64,000 nucleotides of DNA from an uncultured Gammaproteobacteria bacterium (GTDB lineage Bacteria > Patescibacteriota > Patescibacteriia > CAZSQN01), in contig CAZSQN010000002.1 in assembly GCA_964609095.1 (NCBI GenBank), positions 88,066-152,065 of the forward strand. The letters are read 5' to 3'. The notes beneath the pieces were generated by a model. The model did no database searches. It saw only the letters and a list, made by a program, of their open reading frames with translations, and was not told where the DNA came from. A program made the position numbers and the translations under genes. Below are positions 25,866 through 34,283 of this stretch, in pieces. Each line of letters starts with the position of its first letter. Position 1 is the stretch's first letter.

Positions 25866-26533
25866 CTGAATAAGTCCCCCCTGATTAAATCAAGCATTAT
25901 TTTTATTGCGCCGCCGCTTCTCTGCCCTTTGCCCAGCGAGTAGGGGCTGTAATTTACAGTTACCGGAACTTCGCGATAAGCCAAATTCAGACGGCTGATT
26001 TCGCTTAAAATTTCTGAGGCGTGGGCAAACCTGTCTTGCGTTATTTTGATGCGGCTTGCGGCGCGCCGAGAAAAGGATCGGAAGCCGTTATGCGTGTCGG
26101 TTATTTTAAGCCCGGTTGTTAATCTGGTAAAAAACACGGCTAAATGCAAAAGAATTTTTCTTCCAGCCGGCATAGATACCGCCGAGCCGATAAACCTTGA
26201 CCCCAAAGCAACTTCGGCAATGCCGCCGGCTATTGGCGCAATAAGCGACGGGATATCGGATGCGTCTTGCTGAAGATCAGCGTCAAAAGTGACAATGATA
26301 TCCGCTCCGCGCATAAGCGCGGCGCGGATGCCGGTGCGCAAAGCCGCTCCCTGCCCCCTGTTTATGGCATGCCTTAAAACATTAGCGCCCGCGCCAGAGG
26401 CGCGCAGCCCCGTAGCATCCTGCGAGCCGTCATCTATAACTATCACCTCGTCCGCGTATTTCCGCGCCTCGCTTACGGCCAGGGAAACGGTCTGCTCTTC
26501 ATTGTGCGCGGGAATGACTACAATAGTACGCAT
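25862..26533 (-). CDS. GT2 polyprenyl-phosphate glycosyltransferase (dolichol-phosphate-mannose synthase-like)
   Basis: MRTIVVIPAHNEEQTV…VIVIDDGSQDAT…TFDADLQ…. Confidence 0.85.
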   Translation of the reverse strand: MRTIVVIPAHNEEQTVSLAVSEARKYADEVIVIDDGSQDATGLRASGAGANVLRHAINRGQGAALRTGIRAALMRGADIIVTFDADLQQDASDIPSLIAPIAGGIAEVALGSRFIGSAVSMPAGRKILLHLAVFFTRLTTGLKITDTHNGFRSFSRRAASRIKITQDRFAHASEILSEISRLNLAYREVPVTVNYSPYSLGKGQRSGGAIKIMLDLIRGDLFR

Positions 26534-26598
26534 AAATTTCAGATTTCAAATTTAAAATTTAAAAAATAAATCTAAAATCTGAAATCACAAATCTGAAA
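26534..26598. repeat. Paired heptamer blocks: (ATTTCAR/ATTTAAA)x4 … (TCTRAAA)x4
   Basis: atttcag atttcaa atttaaa atttaaa aaataaa tctaaaa tctgaaa tcacaaa tctgaaa. Confidence 0.75.
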
Positions 26599-27612
26599 TT
26601 AGGCGATGCCCAACAATTCTTTATGCGCGAGGGTGTAATCAATGGATTGCTTTAACCCCTCATCAAGTTTAACAAGAGGAAACCATCCCAACGTCTCTTT
26701 GGCTTTGCTTAAATCCGGCAGCCCCAAAGGAGTCATAAAAAGAAGCGGGGGTTCAAAACGGATTTTTGAGGACGAACCGGTCATCTGGATTATTTTTGCC
26801 GCCACATCAGCCAATTTCCACTCCTCGTCATTGCCCAAATTAACCGGCCCGATCCCGGAAGGCGCGCTCATAAGTTTGATAAGCCCGTCCACAATATCAG
26901 AAACATAAACAAGAGACGTCTTAAAATTGTCATCACCATAGATTACAAGGTCCCTGCCTTCCAGCGCGTCAACGATAAAATCCGGCACCATTTCGCCGTC
27001 AAAAAGGCGCTGGCGCGGCCCATAAGTGCGGAAAATACGGGCGATCTTTACATCCAGTTTATGCACCTGCTCGTAAGTGGCGCAGATTGTTTCCGCAAAT
27101 CTTTTTCCCTCGTCATAGCAAGCTCGGGGCGAAAGCTGGTCTATAGCGCCCAAATCCGTTTCCTTAAATTTTTCTTTATCCGGCCGCCGCGGCCCGTAAA
27201 CCACGGAGGTGGAAGCGTGCACGACTTTGGCTTTGTATTTAACTCCCAATTCAGCCGCATTTTTGGCAGCGGCGGAATTGGACTCCAGTGTCTGCAGTTT
27301 AAACTGGTCAAAATTTTTCGCGCTGGTGGGACAGGCGAGATGATAAATTTCCTGAATACCCTGAAATTTAACCTTGAATCTGTCCAGCTCTTTAAAACTT
27401 TCCAGCTCCAGCGGCTTGGTCATGTCGTGCCTTAAAAATTCAAAATCAGGCAATTGCAAAAGGCGGTCAATATTCCGTTCATTAGAATTGATAAAACTGT
27501 CAACGCAGATAACATGGCTGTCTTTGAGCAGCCGCTCGCACAAATGCGAGCCGATAAAGCCGGCCCCTCCGGTTACCAGCACGTTTTTTTTCTCAAAAGT
27601 TAGTTCGGCCAT
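26599..27612 (-). CDS. NAD-dependent epimerase/dehydratase (UDP-glucuronate decarboxylase-like SDR)
   Basis: VLVTGGAGFIGSHLCERLL…YHLACPTS…ASTSVVYG…. Confidence 0.75.
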   Translation of the reverse strand: MAELTFEKKNVLVTGGAGFIGSHLCERLLKDSHVICVDSFINSNERNIDRLLQLPDFEFLRHDMTKPLELESFKELDRFKVKFQGIQEIYHLACPTSAKNFDQFKLQTLESNSAAAKNAAELGVKYKAKVVHASTSVVYGPRRPDKEKFKETDLGAIDQLSPRACYDEGKRFAETICATYEQVHKLDVKIARIFRTYGPRQRLFDGEMVPDFIVDALEGRDLVIYGDDNFKTSLVYVSDIVDGLIKLMSAPSGIGPVNLGNDEEWKLADVAAKIIQMTGSSSKIRFEPPLLFMTPLGLPDLSKAKETLGWFPLVKLDEGLKQSIDYTLAHKELLGIA

Positions 27613-27618
27613 ATTTTT

Positions 27619-27723
27619 AAGAGATAAGAGATAAGAGATAAGAGTTAAGAGTTAAAAATTTAGAAAGCTCTCTCAACTTTCAACTTTTAACTTTCAGCTT
27701 ACAGCTTACAGCTTTATCTTTAT
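27619..27723. repeat. Paired heptamer blocks: (AGAGATA)x3(AGAGTTA)x2 … (AACTTTC)x3(AGCTTAC)x3
   Basis: Seen directly; the second block ends at the subtilase stop codon. Confidence 0.8.
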
Positions 27724-30014
27724 TATCGCAACACTGCCGCGTTAACGCCGCCGCGCATATCTTTGCCATAAGCGTCCACTTGCGAAAAAAGCAGCCCGTC
27801 GGGAGTAAAGGTGCGCAATATCGGATCCGCGCCTGCTCCGGCGCCGGTAATTATCTCGCTTTTGCCGTCGTTGTCAAAATCAAAGGAGGCAAGCGTGACT
27901 CCGGACGATTTGCCGTTTACATACGCCTGAAATTCGTGGCGGAGAATCCCTTTGGCGTTAAAAATCTTCACATTGCGGCGCCGACCTCCGGCCGGAGCAA
28001 TGGCTATTTCGCTTATCTTATCGCCGTCAATGTCAATTGCCTGCGCTTCCACGCCTCCCAAAAAAGATTGCTCATAGGCGAAAAACTCCGAGATTGGAAT
28101 TCCGTCTCCCTGAAAAATCTGCACATGGGGTCCGCCGCCCGGACCGGCGGAAACAATTATTTCGTCATTGCCGTTTCCTTCCACATCTCCGGCGGTTATG
28201 CCAAACGCACCCCTGAATTTGCGCGAAAAAGGAAAAAATCTGTAATGAAGCGTGCCGTCAAAACCAAAAATCCTTACCTCGGCGTCGCGGCCGCCTCCGC
28301 TCGCGGCCACAATCTCGTCTATGCCGTCTCCATTCACATCCGAAGCGGCCACGCGCACGCCTCCGCGGTAAGATGTTTCAAAAGCGAAAAAATTTTTTAT
28401 CGGCGTGCCGTCCGGCTTAAAGACGCGGATATGAGGCCCGCCTCCGGCGCCGGCTCCCGTGATTATCTCCTGGCTTCCGTCTCCGTCCAAATCGCCCGTG
28501 GCAACGGAAACGCCTCCCTTAAAAGACGGCGCGTAAGCCATAAAAGATCTTTCAATTGTTCCGTCGCGGGCGATTATTCTTACTTCCGGCGCGTATTGTC
28601 TTGCCGGCGCGACAACATAACGCGGCTCTGCCGTCGGCACCGCGATGCGGTTCCCGGCTGCCGTGCGCGTGGTATTGCCGGCGCGCAAAGCCGCCGCCAA
28701 GTCCGGTTTTCCCCGGCCGAGCTTTCCGCGAAAATTAGGGTTGACGGAATCAACGGGCACGGCATTGCTAAGGAGCAGGTCCCTCATTTCAATGTTGGTA
28801 AAAGAAAGATCAAAGGCCTTAAGCAAGGCCGCGCCGCCCGCGACTTGCGGAGCGGCCATTGATGTGCCTCGCCAGGGGCCGCCAAAAGCAAGGCCGTAAT
28901 CGGGCAAGGAGGGGTCATAATATTGCGCGCTAAAAATGCCAATGCCGGGAGCAGCCAGGTCCACGCAGCGGCCGTAATTGGAAAACTTTAATTTTTGATC
29001 AAGAGTATCCAAAGCGGCAACGGCTATGACCCAGTTTTCCCCGGACGGGCCGTCGGAGCAAGCCGGATAAACCAACACCGCGTCCATATCAATTCCGTTT
29101 TGCCCGTTCAAGGTTGAGTTGCCGGCCGCCACCACGACAAGCGCTCCGGCGTTATACGCGCGCTCAATCGCCCGCTCCAGCGTGATGCTGCGCTCCGTGC
29201 CAACAAAAGAAAGATTTAAGATCTTAGCCCCGTTTTTAATGGCGTAATCAATGGCCGCGGCAACAGTGGCGGCGTTGCCGGCGCCTTTGGAATCAAGAAC
29301 GCGCAGGGGCATAATTTTAACTTTCCAGGCAACGCCCGCGCCCTCTGAGCCGTTATTGCCGACGGCGCCGATTATTCCGGCCACCACCGTTCCGTGATTT
29401 ATGCCCGTTGCCGTGGCGCCGATGCCAAATTGCGGAGAAACATCGTTTGTTCCCTCAATAAAGTTCCAGCCATGGATATCGTCAATGTAGCCGTTTCCGT
29501 CATCATCTCGGCCGTTGCCGGCGACCTCAAGCGTATTTGTCCAGATATTGCCGGCCAAATCCGGATGGTCCAAATCCAAACCCGTATCCAAAACCGCGAC
29601 AACCGCGTCTTCAGAGCCGGTAGAAACGTCCCATGCCTCCGGCGCGTTGATTTGCGGCAGATGCCACTGCTTTGGGTATTCGGGATCGTTTGGCAAAAGC
29701 GCCATGCCGTAAGAAGCGTTTTTCTCAGCATACTCAACCCAGGGGTTGGCATTATAAATCCGCAGCAGCTCCCCGGCTCCCATGTCCGCAAAAGGCGCGA
29801 CTAAATATGGCTTTTCCCTGCTCCGAAGTTTAACCAAAATCTCTCCGCTATCTTCCAAAGACGAATCCTTATTTCCCAAAGCCAGCCCTTGGCCGGCCGA
29901 AAAGATCAAAAAAGCCGCCAAAAAGACGGCAAAGGGGTAAAAAACAAATAAAAAACGGGTAAAGCGCCGTTCGGAGGGCGCGCAGGAAAAAAATTTTTTA
30001 CAGCCAAAACGCAT
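27723..30014 (-). CDS. Subtilisin-like serine protease (S8) with C-terminal FG-GAP/VCBS repeat domain
   Basis: Catalytic triad D (VAVLDTGLDLDHPD), H (HGTVVAG), S (GTSMAAPQVAG); five or more repeats of …GDLDGDGSQEIITGAGAGGGPHIRVF…; N-terminal signal/TM. Confidence 0.88.
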   Translation of the reverse strand: MRFGCKKFFSCAPSERRFTRFLFVFYPFAVFLAAFLIFSAGQGLALGNKDSSLEDSGEILVKLRSREKPYLVAPFADMGAGELLRIYNANPWVEYAEKNASYGMALLPNDPEYPKQWHLPQINAPEAWDVSTGSEDAVVAVLDTGLDLDHPDLAGNIWTNTLEVAGNGRDDDGNGYIDDIHGWNFIEGTNDVSPQFGIGATATGINHGTVVAGIIGAVGNNGSEGAGVAWKVKIMPLRVLDSKGAGNAATVAAAIDYAIKNGAKILNLSFVGTERSITLERAIERAYNAGALVVVAAGNSTLNGQNGIDMDAVLVYPACSDGPSGENWVIAVAALDTLDQKLKFSNYGRCVDLAAPGIGIFSAQYYDPSLPDYGLAFGGPWRGTSMAAPQVAGGAALLKAFDLSFTNIEMRDLLLSNAVPVDSVNPNFRGKLGRGKPDLAAALRAGNTTRTAAGNRIAVPTAEPRYVVAPARQYAPEVRIIARDGTIERSFMAYAPSFKGGVSVATGDLDGDGSQEIITGAGAGGGPHIRVFKPDGTPIKNFFAFETSYRGGVRVAASDVNGDGIDEIVAASGGGRDAEVRIFGFDGTLHYRFFPFSRKFRGAFGITAGDVEGNGNDEIIVSAGPGGGPHVQIFQGDGIPISEFFAYEQSFLGGVEAQAIDIDGDKISEIAIAPAGGRRRNVKIFNAKGILRHEFQAYVNGKSSGVTLASFDFDNDGKSEIITGAGAGADPILRTFTPDGLLFSQVDAYGKDMRGGVNAAVLR

Positions 30015-30026
30015 GTCAAAATATAA

Positions 30027-30785
30027 TTATTCTTTAAGTTGTGAAGCGGTTTGATTTGCCAATTTCTCTTCAAGCTCCTTAATCGCGGCCTGATACGGCT
30101 CATGGCCGGGCATAATCAAAGCAAGCTTTTTATACATCTGAAGCGCCTCGGCAAACTGTTCTGTTTCCACAAGATAAGAAACATAATCAGCGGCCAATCT
30201 TAAAACCTCCTGACCGACTAAAACGGCCAAACCCTTTTGGTAAAACGCCCTTATCTCTTCCGGCGTCTTTTTAAGGTCGTAGCGCATCAGCTCTGCTCTC
30301 GCGATGTATATTCCGGCTTCTCCGGGATTGCTTTTGATGGCTTCAAGATAATATCGGTCGGCTCGCTCAAATTCTTTTAAATAACGAAGAACATTGGCGG
30401 CATTCAAAAATGGCAAGTAATTTCTATCGCCAAATTTTTTTATAGCTTTGTCATAAACGTCCAGCGCGTTGCGGTAAAACACGGCTTCAGTGGTTGCGTC
30501 GGCAACGCTTTTCCATCTAAAACCGGCTGATAAATACATTTCTAAATTATCTTCATCCTTTTTAAGGAGCTTATCGCCTTCTTTGGCCGCGCTATAAAGC
30601 TCGGACCACGCGGGATTATTTTTTATTTTTGCCGCGACGCGCCGCTCTTCTTTGAAGGCGGAGGCAATGTTTAGCGCGGGCGGGAGGAGCAGGATAAGCG
30701 CGAGAAGCAACGCGAAAACAACTAAAATCCGGCGGCGTTTCCCGGCAAAAAAATTATTAATTTGAGCAACAAATTGATTGTTCAT
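30027..30785 (-). CDS. TPR-repeat protein with N-terminal TM anchor
   Basis: TPR-like helical repeats; ORF-track GTG 30794 ('MRGM') is in the 12-mer and the real ATG is at 30785. Confidence 0.65.
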   Translation of the reverse strand: MNNQFVAQINNFFAGKRRRILVVFALLLALILLLPPALNIASAFKEERRVAAKIKNNPAWSELYSAAKEGDKLLKKDEDNLEMYLSAGFRWKSVADATTEAVFYRNALDVYDKAIKKFGDRNYLPFLNAANVLRYLKEFERADRYYLEAIKSNPGEAGIYIARAELMRYDLKKTPEEIRAFYQKGLAVLVGQEVLRLAADYVSYLVETEQFAEALQMYKKLALIMPGHEPYQAAIKELEEKLANQTASQLKE

Positions 30786-30786
30786 A

Positions 30787-30906
30787 CCCCGCACATAATT
30801 TATTTAATACTAAATAGTCAAACAACCTATATTTTAATTGTTATTTTTAACATGTCTTAATTCTTTAATCAAATAAACATGAAATATAAACAAATTATGT
30901 GCGGGG
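30787..30906. promoter_or_regulatory. Divergent intergenic segment bracketed by CCCCGCACATAA (30787-30798) and TTATGTGCGGGG (30895-30906)
   Basis: The 27 bp CATACCCCGCACATAATTTATTTAATA is identical to the sequence upstream of rmlB (10511-10537). Confidence 0.55.
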
Positions 30907-32356
30907 CATAGTATTGAATATCGGCGGTTTTTCTGGTATGATGCTTCTCGGTTATTCTAACATTAAATTAAGCCGATTTCAAGCACAAAACATGCTTCTG
31001 CGCCTAAAACAATTAATGCTTTTTACAGGGGATATTGTCATCCTCTATTTATCGCTGTTTCTTACTTTTTTGACCCGTTACGGAACGCCAACGGATAAAG
31101 AGCCGTGGCAGGACCACTTTTGGCCATTCACGGTCATTTTTTCCGTCTGGATAACAATCTTTTACATCAACGGCCTTTATGATTTGGCTTTATCTAAAAA
31201 TGACGTCCGTTTTTACCGCCGTTTTTTTGAAAGTTTGGCCATAGGCGGACTTGTCGCTATCGGCTTTTTCTACCTTACCCCGTCAATAGGCATCGCGCCC
31301 AAAACAAACTTTTTCCTGCAAATGTTGTTTTTCACCGTTCTTTTTATTCTCTGGCGGGCGCTTTGGAACAGGACGGTAATCACAGCCGTTTGGAAAACAA
31401 AAATTCTTTTTATCGGGAGTTCCTCCCAGGCGCGGGAATTATATGATGCCATCAAGGCCGTGCCTCAATACGGATTCATCCTTTGGGCGGTTTTGCCGGA
31501 CGCGCCAAACCCGTCTTTGCCAACGGATGTTAAAATTGTGCCTGACGCAAACGGACTGCCCGGCTTTATCCGCCAAGAAGGAATAATGACGGTGGTGCTG
31601 GGCGCCAAGCCGGAAGCGTCATCCTCCATCTCCAGAGCGCTTTATCAGGCTCTTTTCCTTCAGATTAATTTCGCCGACGCGGCGGAATTTATGGAATCAA
31701 TTACCGGAAGAATCCCCACCGCCCGCCTTTCCGAGGCATGGTTTCTTGAAAATCTAAAAGAAACAAAAAAATCCGCTTTCACCATTATCAAAACCGCAAC
31801 CGATTATCTTTTGGCCGTTATCCTGGGCGGCATTCTTTTAATTTTTATTCCGCTTATCGCCTTGGGCAACCTGATTGCCAATCCGGGCGCGCTGTTTTAC
31901 AAACAAAAGCGCGTCGGAGCAAAAGGAAAACAATTTTTCATTTATAAATTCAGGACAATGTTCCCCGACGCGGAGGCAAACGGAGCCGTCTTCGCGTTAA
32001 AAAACGATTCGCGCGTTACCGCTCTGGGGAAATTTTTGCGCAAGACCCGCCTTGATGAACTGCCGCAGGTTTGGAATATCCTCCGCGGAGAAATGAGCTT
32101 TATCGGCCCGCGCCCGGAGCGGCCGGAGTTTGTAGGCGAGCTCCAAGCGGCTATGCCCTTTTACAATCTCCGCCACCTTATCAAACCCGGACTTACCGGC
32201 TGGGCGCAGATAAACTTCCCTTACGCCGGCTCAATAGAAGAAAATCTCAAAAAACTCCAGTACGATTTGTATTACGTAAAAAACCGCTCCCTGATTTTGG
32301 ACTTGGCCATTCTTCTTAAAACAATAAATATAGTCGCGCGCTGGATGGGCCGCTAA
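30899..32356 (+). CDS. Polyprenyl-phosphate sugar phosphotransferase (WbaP/CpsE-like initiating transferase)
   Basis: C-terminal …KQKRVGAKGKQFFIYKFRTMFPDAE…LDELPQVWNILRGEMSFIGPRPERPEF…; the ORF-track GTG start is inside the 12-mer and the true start may be an internal TTG/ATG (30914-30938). Confidence 0.85.
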   Translation: MRGIVLNIGGFSGMMLLGYSNIKLSRFQAQNMLLRLKQLMLFTGDIVILYLSLFLTFLTRYGTPTDKEPWQDHFWPFTVIFSVWITIFYINGLYDLALSKNDVRFYRRFFESLAIGGLVAIGFFYLTPSIGIAPKTNFFLQMLFFTVLFILWRALWNRTVITAVWKTKILFIGSSSQARELYDAIKAVPQYGFILWAVLPDAPNPSLPTDVKIVPDANGLPGFIRQEGIMTVVLGAKPEASSSISRALYQALFLQINFADAAEFMESITGRIPTARLSEAWFLENLKETKKSAFTIIKTATDYLLAVILGGILLIFIPLIALGNLIANPGALFYKQKRVGAKGKQFFIYKFRTMFPDAEANGAVFALKNDSRVTALGKFLRKTRLDELPQVWNILRGEMSFIGPRPERPEFVGELQAAMPFYNLRHLIKPGLTGWAQINFPYAGSIEENLKKLQYDLYYVKNRSLILDLAILLKTINIVARWMGR

Positions 32357-32384
32357 GCGCGTGCCGCGCTCGGATGAAAATATA

Positions 32385-32420
32385 AAACCCCCCGATTAAA
32401 CATCGGGGGTTTATTATTTT
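32385..32420. terminator. Bidirectional intrinsic terminator between convergent genes
   Basis: cccccgat-taaac-atcggggg with T-runs on both strands. Confidence 0.7.
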
Positions 32421-32423
32421 TTA

Positions 32424-33329
32424 TCACTCTACTCCATTCATTTTTTTAAGCTCCGCCACGCTTGCCGCAAAATCCGCCTGCGGCCGCCAGCCAAGCAATT
32501 TGCCGGCCAAACTTATATCCGCCCTATTGCGCAAAATCTCTCCCGGGCGAGCCGGAAGATTAACCATGCTTCCGCCTATCATCCGCGCCACTTCATTCAC
32601 GCTTTTGTCGCTTCCCGCGCCAACATTAATTATCTCACCATGTCCGGCATTGCCGGAATTCATCGCCATTAGATTGGCGCGGACAACATCTTTCACATGG
32701 GTAAAATCCCGCGTCTGTTCGCCGTCGCCGGTAATAGTTAGGGACTCGCCTGCTTTCTTTTGCCGCAAAAACACGCCTATAACCGTGGCATAAGCCCCAT
32801 CAGAGGCCATCCGCGGCCCATAGACGTTAAAATAACGCAAAGAAACCGTTTCCAGTCCGTACAAATCGTAAAAAAGCTTGGCGTAATATTCGCCCGTAAG
32901 CTTCTGCAGGGCGTAAGGATTAAGCGGGGAAGGCGGCAAATCTTCCGTCACGGGCAACTTGGGCTGATTGCCATAAGCCGAAGACGACGCCGAATAAACA
33001 ACCCGTTTAACGGCTGCGTCGCGGGCCGCCACAAGCACATTTAAAGTCCCGACGACATTGGCCTGATGCGTTTCTTGCGGCGCTTCAATGGAGCGGGGAA
33101 TCCTCGGCAAAGCCGCAACATGAAATACGCCGTCAATACCATCAAAAAACGGCTTAATGGCGTTAAAATCGGAAATATCAACTTCGTGGAAATCCGCGCG
33201 AGGATTTAAGTTTTCACGCTTGCCGGTTGAAAGATTATCCAAGACCACAACCTCGTGCCCTTCGCCAAGAAGAGCGTCAACAAGATTTGATCCGATAAAT
33301 CCGGCTCCGCCGGTAACGAGATATTTCAT
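32424..33329 (-). CDS. NAD-dependent nucleotide-sugar 4-epimerase (GalE/WbpP-like)
   Basis: MKYLVTGGAGFIGSNLVDALL…YSASSSAYG…YALQK(YxxxK). Confidence 0.8.
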   Translation of the reverse strand: MKYLVTGGAGFIGSNLVDALLGEGHEVVVLDNLSTGKRENLNPRADFHEVDISDFNAIKPFFDGIDGVFHVAALPRIPRSIEAPQETHQANVVGTLNVLVAARDAAVKRVVYSASSSAYGNQPKLPVTEDLPPSPLNPYALQKLTGEYYAKLFYDLYGLETVSLRYFNVYGPRMASDGAYATVIGVFLRQKKAGESLTITGDGEQTRDFTHVKDVVRANLMAMNSGNAGHGEIINVGAGSDKSVNEVARMIGGSMVNLPARPGEILRNRADISLAGKLLGWRPQADFAASVAELKKMNGVE

Positions 33330-33334
33330 ATAAA

Positions 33335-33398
33335 TTAGCGTTTAGCGATTAGCGTATAGCGTTTAGTTTCCTAAACCCTAAACGCTAAACCCTACACC
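33335..33398. repeat. Paired heptamer blocks: (TAGCGNT)x4 … (CTAAACN)x4
   Basis: tagcgtt tagcgat tagcgta tagcgtt … ctaaacc ctaaacg ctaaacc ctacacc; the second block overlaps the last codons of the dehydrogenase ORF. Confidence 0.75.
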
Positions 33399-34262
33399 CT
33401 CGCCGTGAAACGGCGCCAGAGGCGGCGCGTATGACTTATTGTCCGTTGTCTGAGGCCGTGCTGGCGCGCCGGGCGCTATGGCTTCTTTGGCGCGCAGTTT
33501 GTTGTTAATCTCTTCCGCTTTTTTAAGCAAATCCATTTGCACGCCGATACTCTCTCCGTATTGGATCAAAGCGCGCGTGTCTTTGGGCAAGCACGCTCCG
33601 CCGTAGCCGCGATAGCCGCCGTGAAATATTTCCAAATGCGACGGCCCGATGCGCTTATCCGCCGCCACGCATTCCTTAACAATATTATAGTCAACTCCGG
33701 CGCCAACGCAGAGATCGTACATCTGATTGGCAAACACCACTTTGGCGGAAAACCAGGTGTTGCCAAAATACTTAATCATTTCCGCTTCTTTTGCGGGCAC
33801 AACGCGTTCAAACGGAGCAAGCGGCAAAATCGCGATTAGCGTCCCGGCCGCGTTATAACTTTTGGCGGTATAGCCGACTATCTGCCTGTCGGGAAAAGAC
33901 ATATCGTTATCAGCGGATGACTGAGTCAAAAATTCCGGATTGAACAAAAATTTATGCTGCGGAAATTCTTCCTGTAAGACATCGGTTGTCCCGGGAAGAA
34001 CCGTTGATTTTATAACGACTATTTTTTCTCCGGTTAACGCGCCAATTGCCGCCTTTACGTACGAAAGGTCAAAACCGCCGTTAGCCTCGTCATAAGGGGT
34101 GGGCACGCATATAAAAACAATATCGGCTCTGTTTACTTCTTCTAACGAGCCCTCATTTTTATATTTATCAAAACAAAAGGGCTGGACTCCCCGTTTTTCA
34201 AAATATCGTTTAATCGCTCCGCCGACCATGCCGGCGGAACCCACGATGCCTATCAATGCCAT
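33378..34262 (-). CDS. UDP-glucose/GDP-mannose dehydrogenase family protein, short form lacking the C-terminal UDP-binding domain
   Basis: N-terminal Rossmann GIVGSAGMVGG; catalytic GGACLPKD; only 294 aa; the C-terminal ~30 aa are low-complexity and run into the repeat block. Confidence 0.65.
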   Translation of the reverse strand: MALIGIVGSAGMVGGAIKRYFEKRGVQPFCFDKYKNEGSLEEVNRADIVFICVPTPYDEANGGFDLSYVKAAIGALTGEKIVVIKSTVLPGTTDVLQEEFPQHKFLFNPEFLTQSSADNDMSFPDRQIVGYTAKSYNAAGTLIAILPLAPFERVVPAKEAEMIKYFGNTWFSAKVVFANQMYDLCVGAGVDYNIVKECVAADKRIGPSHLEIFHGGYRGYGGACLPKDTRALIQYGESIGVQMDLLKKAEEINNKLRAKEAIAPGAPARPQTTDNKSYAPPLAPFHGEGVGFSV

Positions 34263-34283
34263 ATTTCAAGTATTAAAGATAAC

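Noticed and set aside
27780-28862. 360-aa plus-strand ORF antisense to the subtilase gene (and similar plus-strand ORFs at 1993-2457, 6027-6665, 8066-8494, 11072-11653, 15090-15626 and 18006-18533)
   Set aside because: Each lies entirely inside a well-supported minus-strand gene with a recognisable domain. Their translations are Arg/Ala/Gly-rich with no motifs, as expected for antisense frames of GC-rich genes.
2458-33398. CRISPR array interpretation of the tandem repeat blocks
   Set aside because: The units are 7-8 bp and directly abutting with no spacers. Each locus has a different unit, and no cas genes are present.
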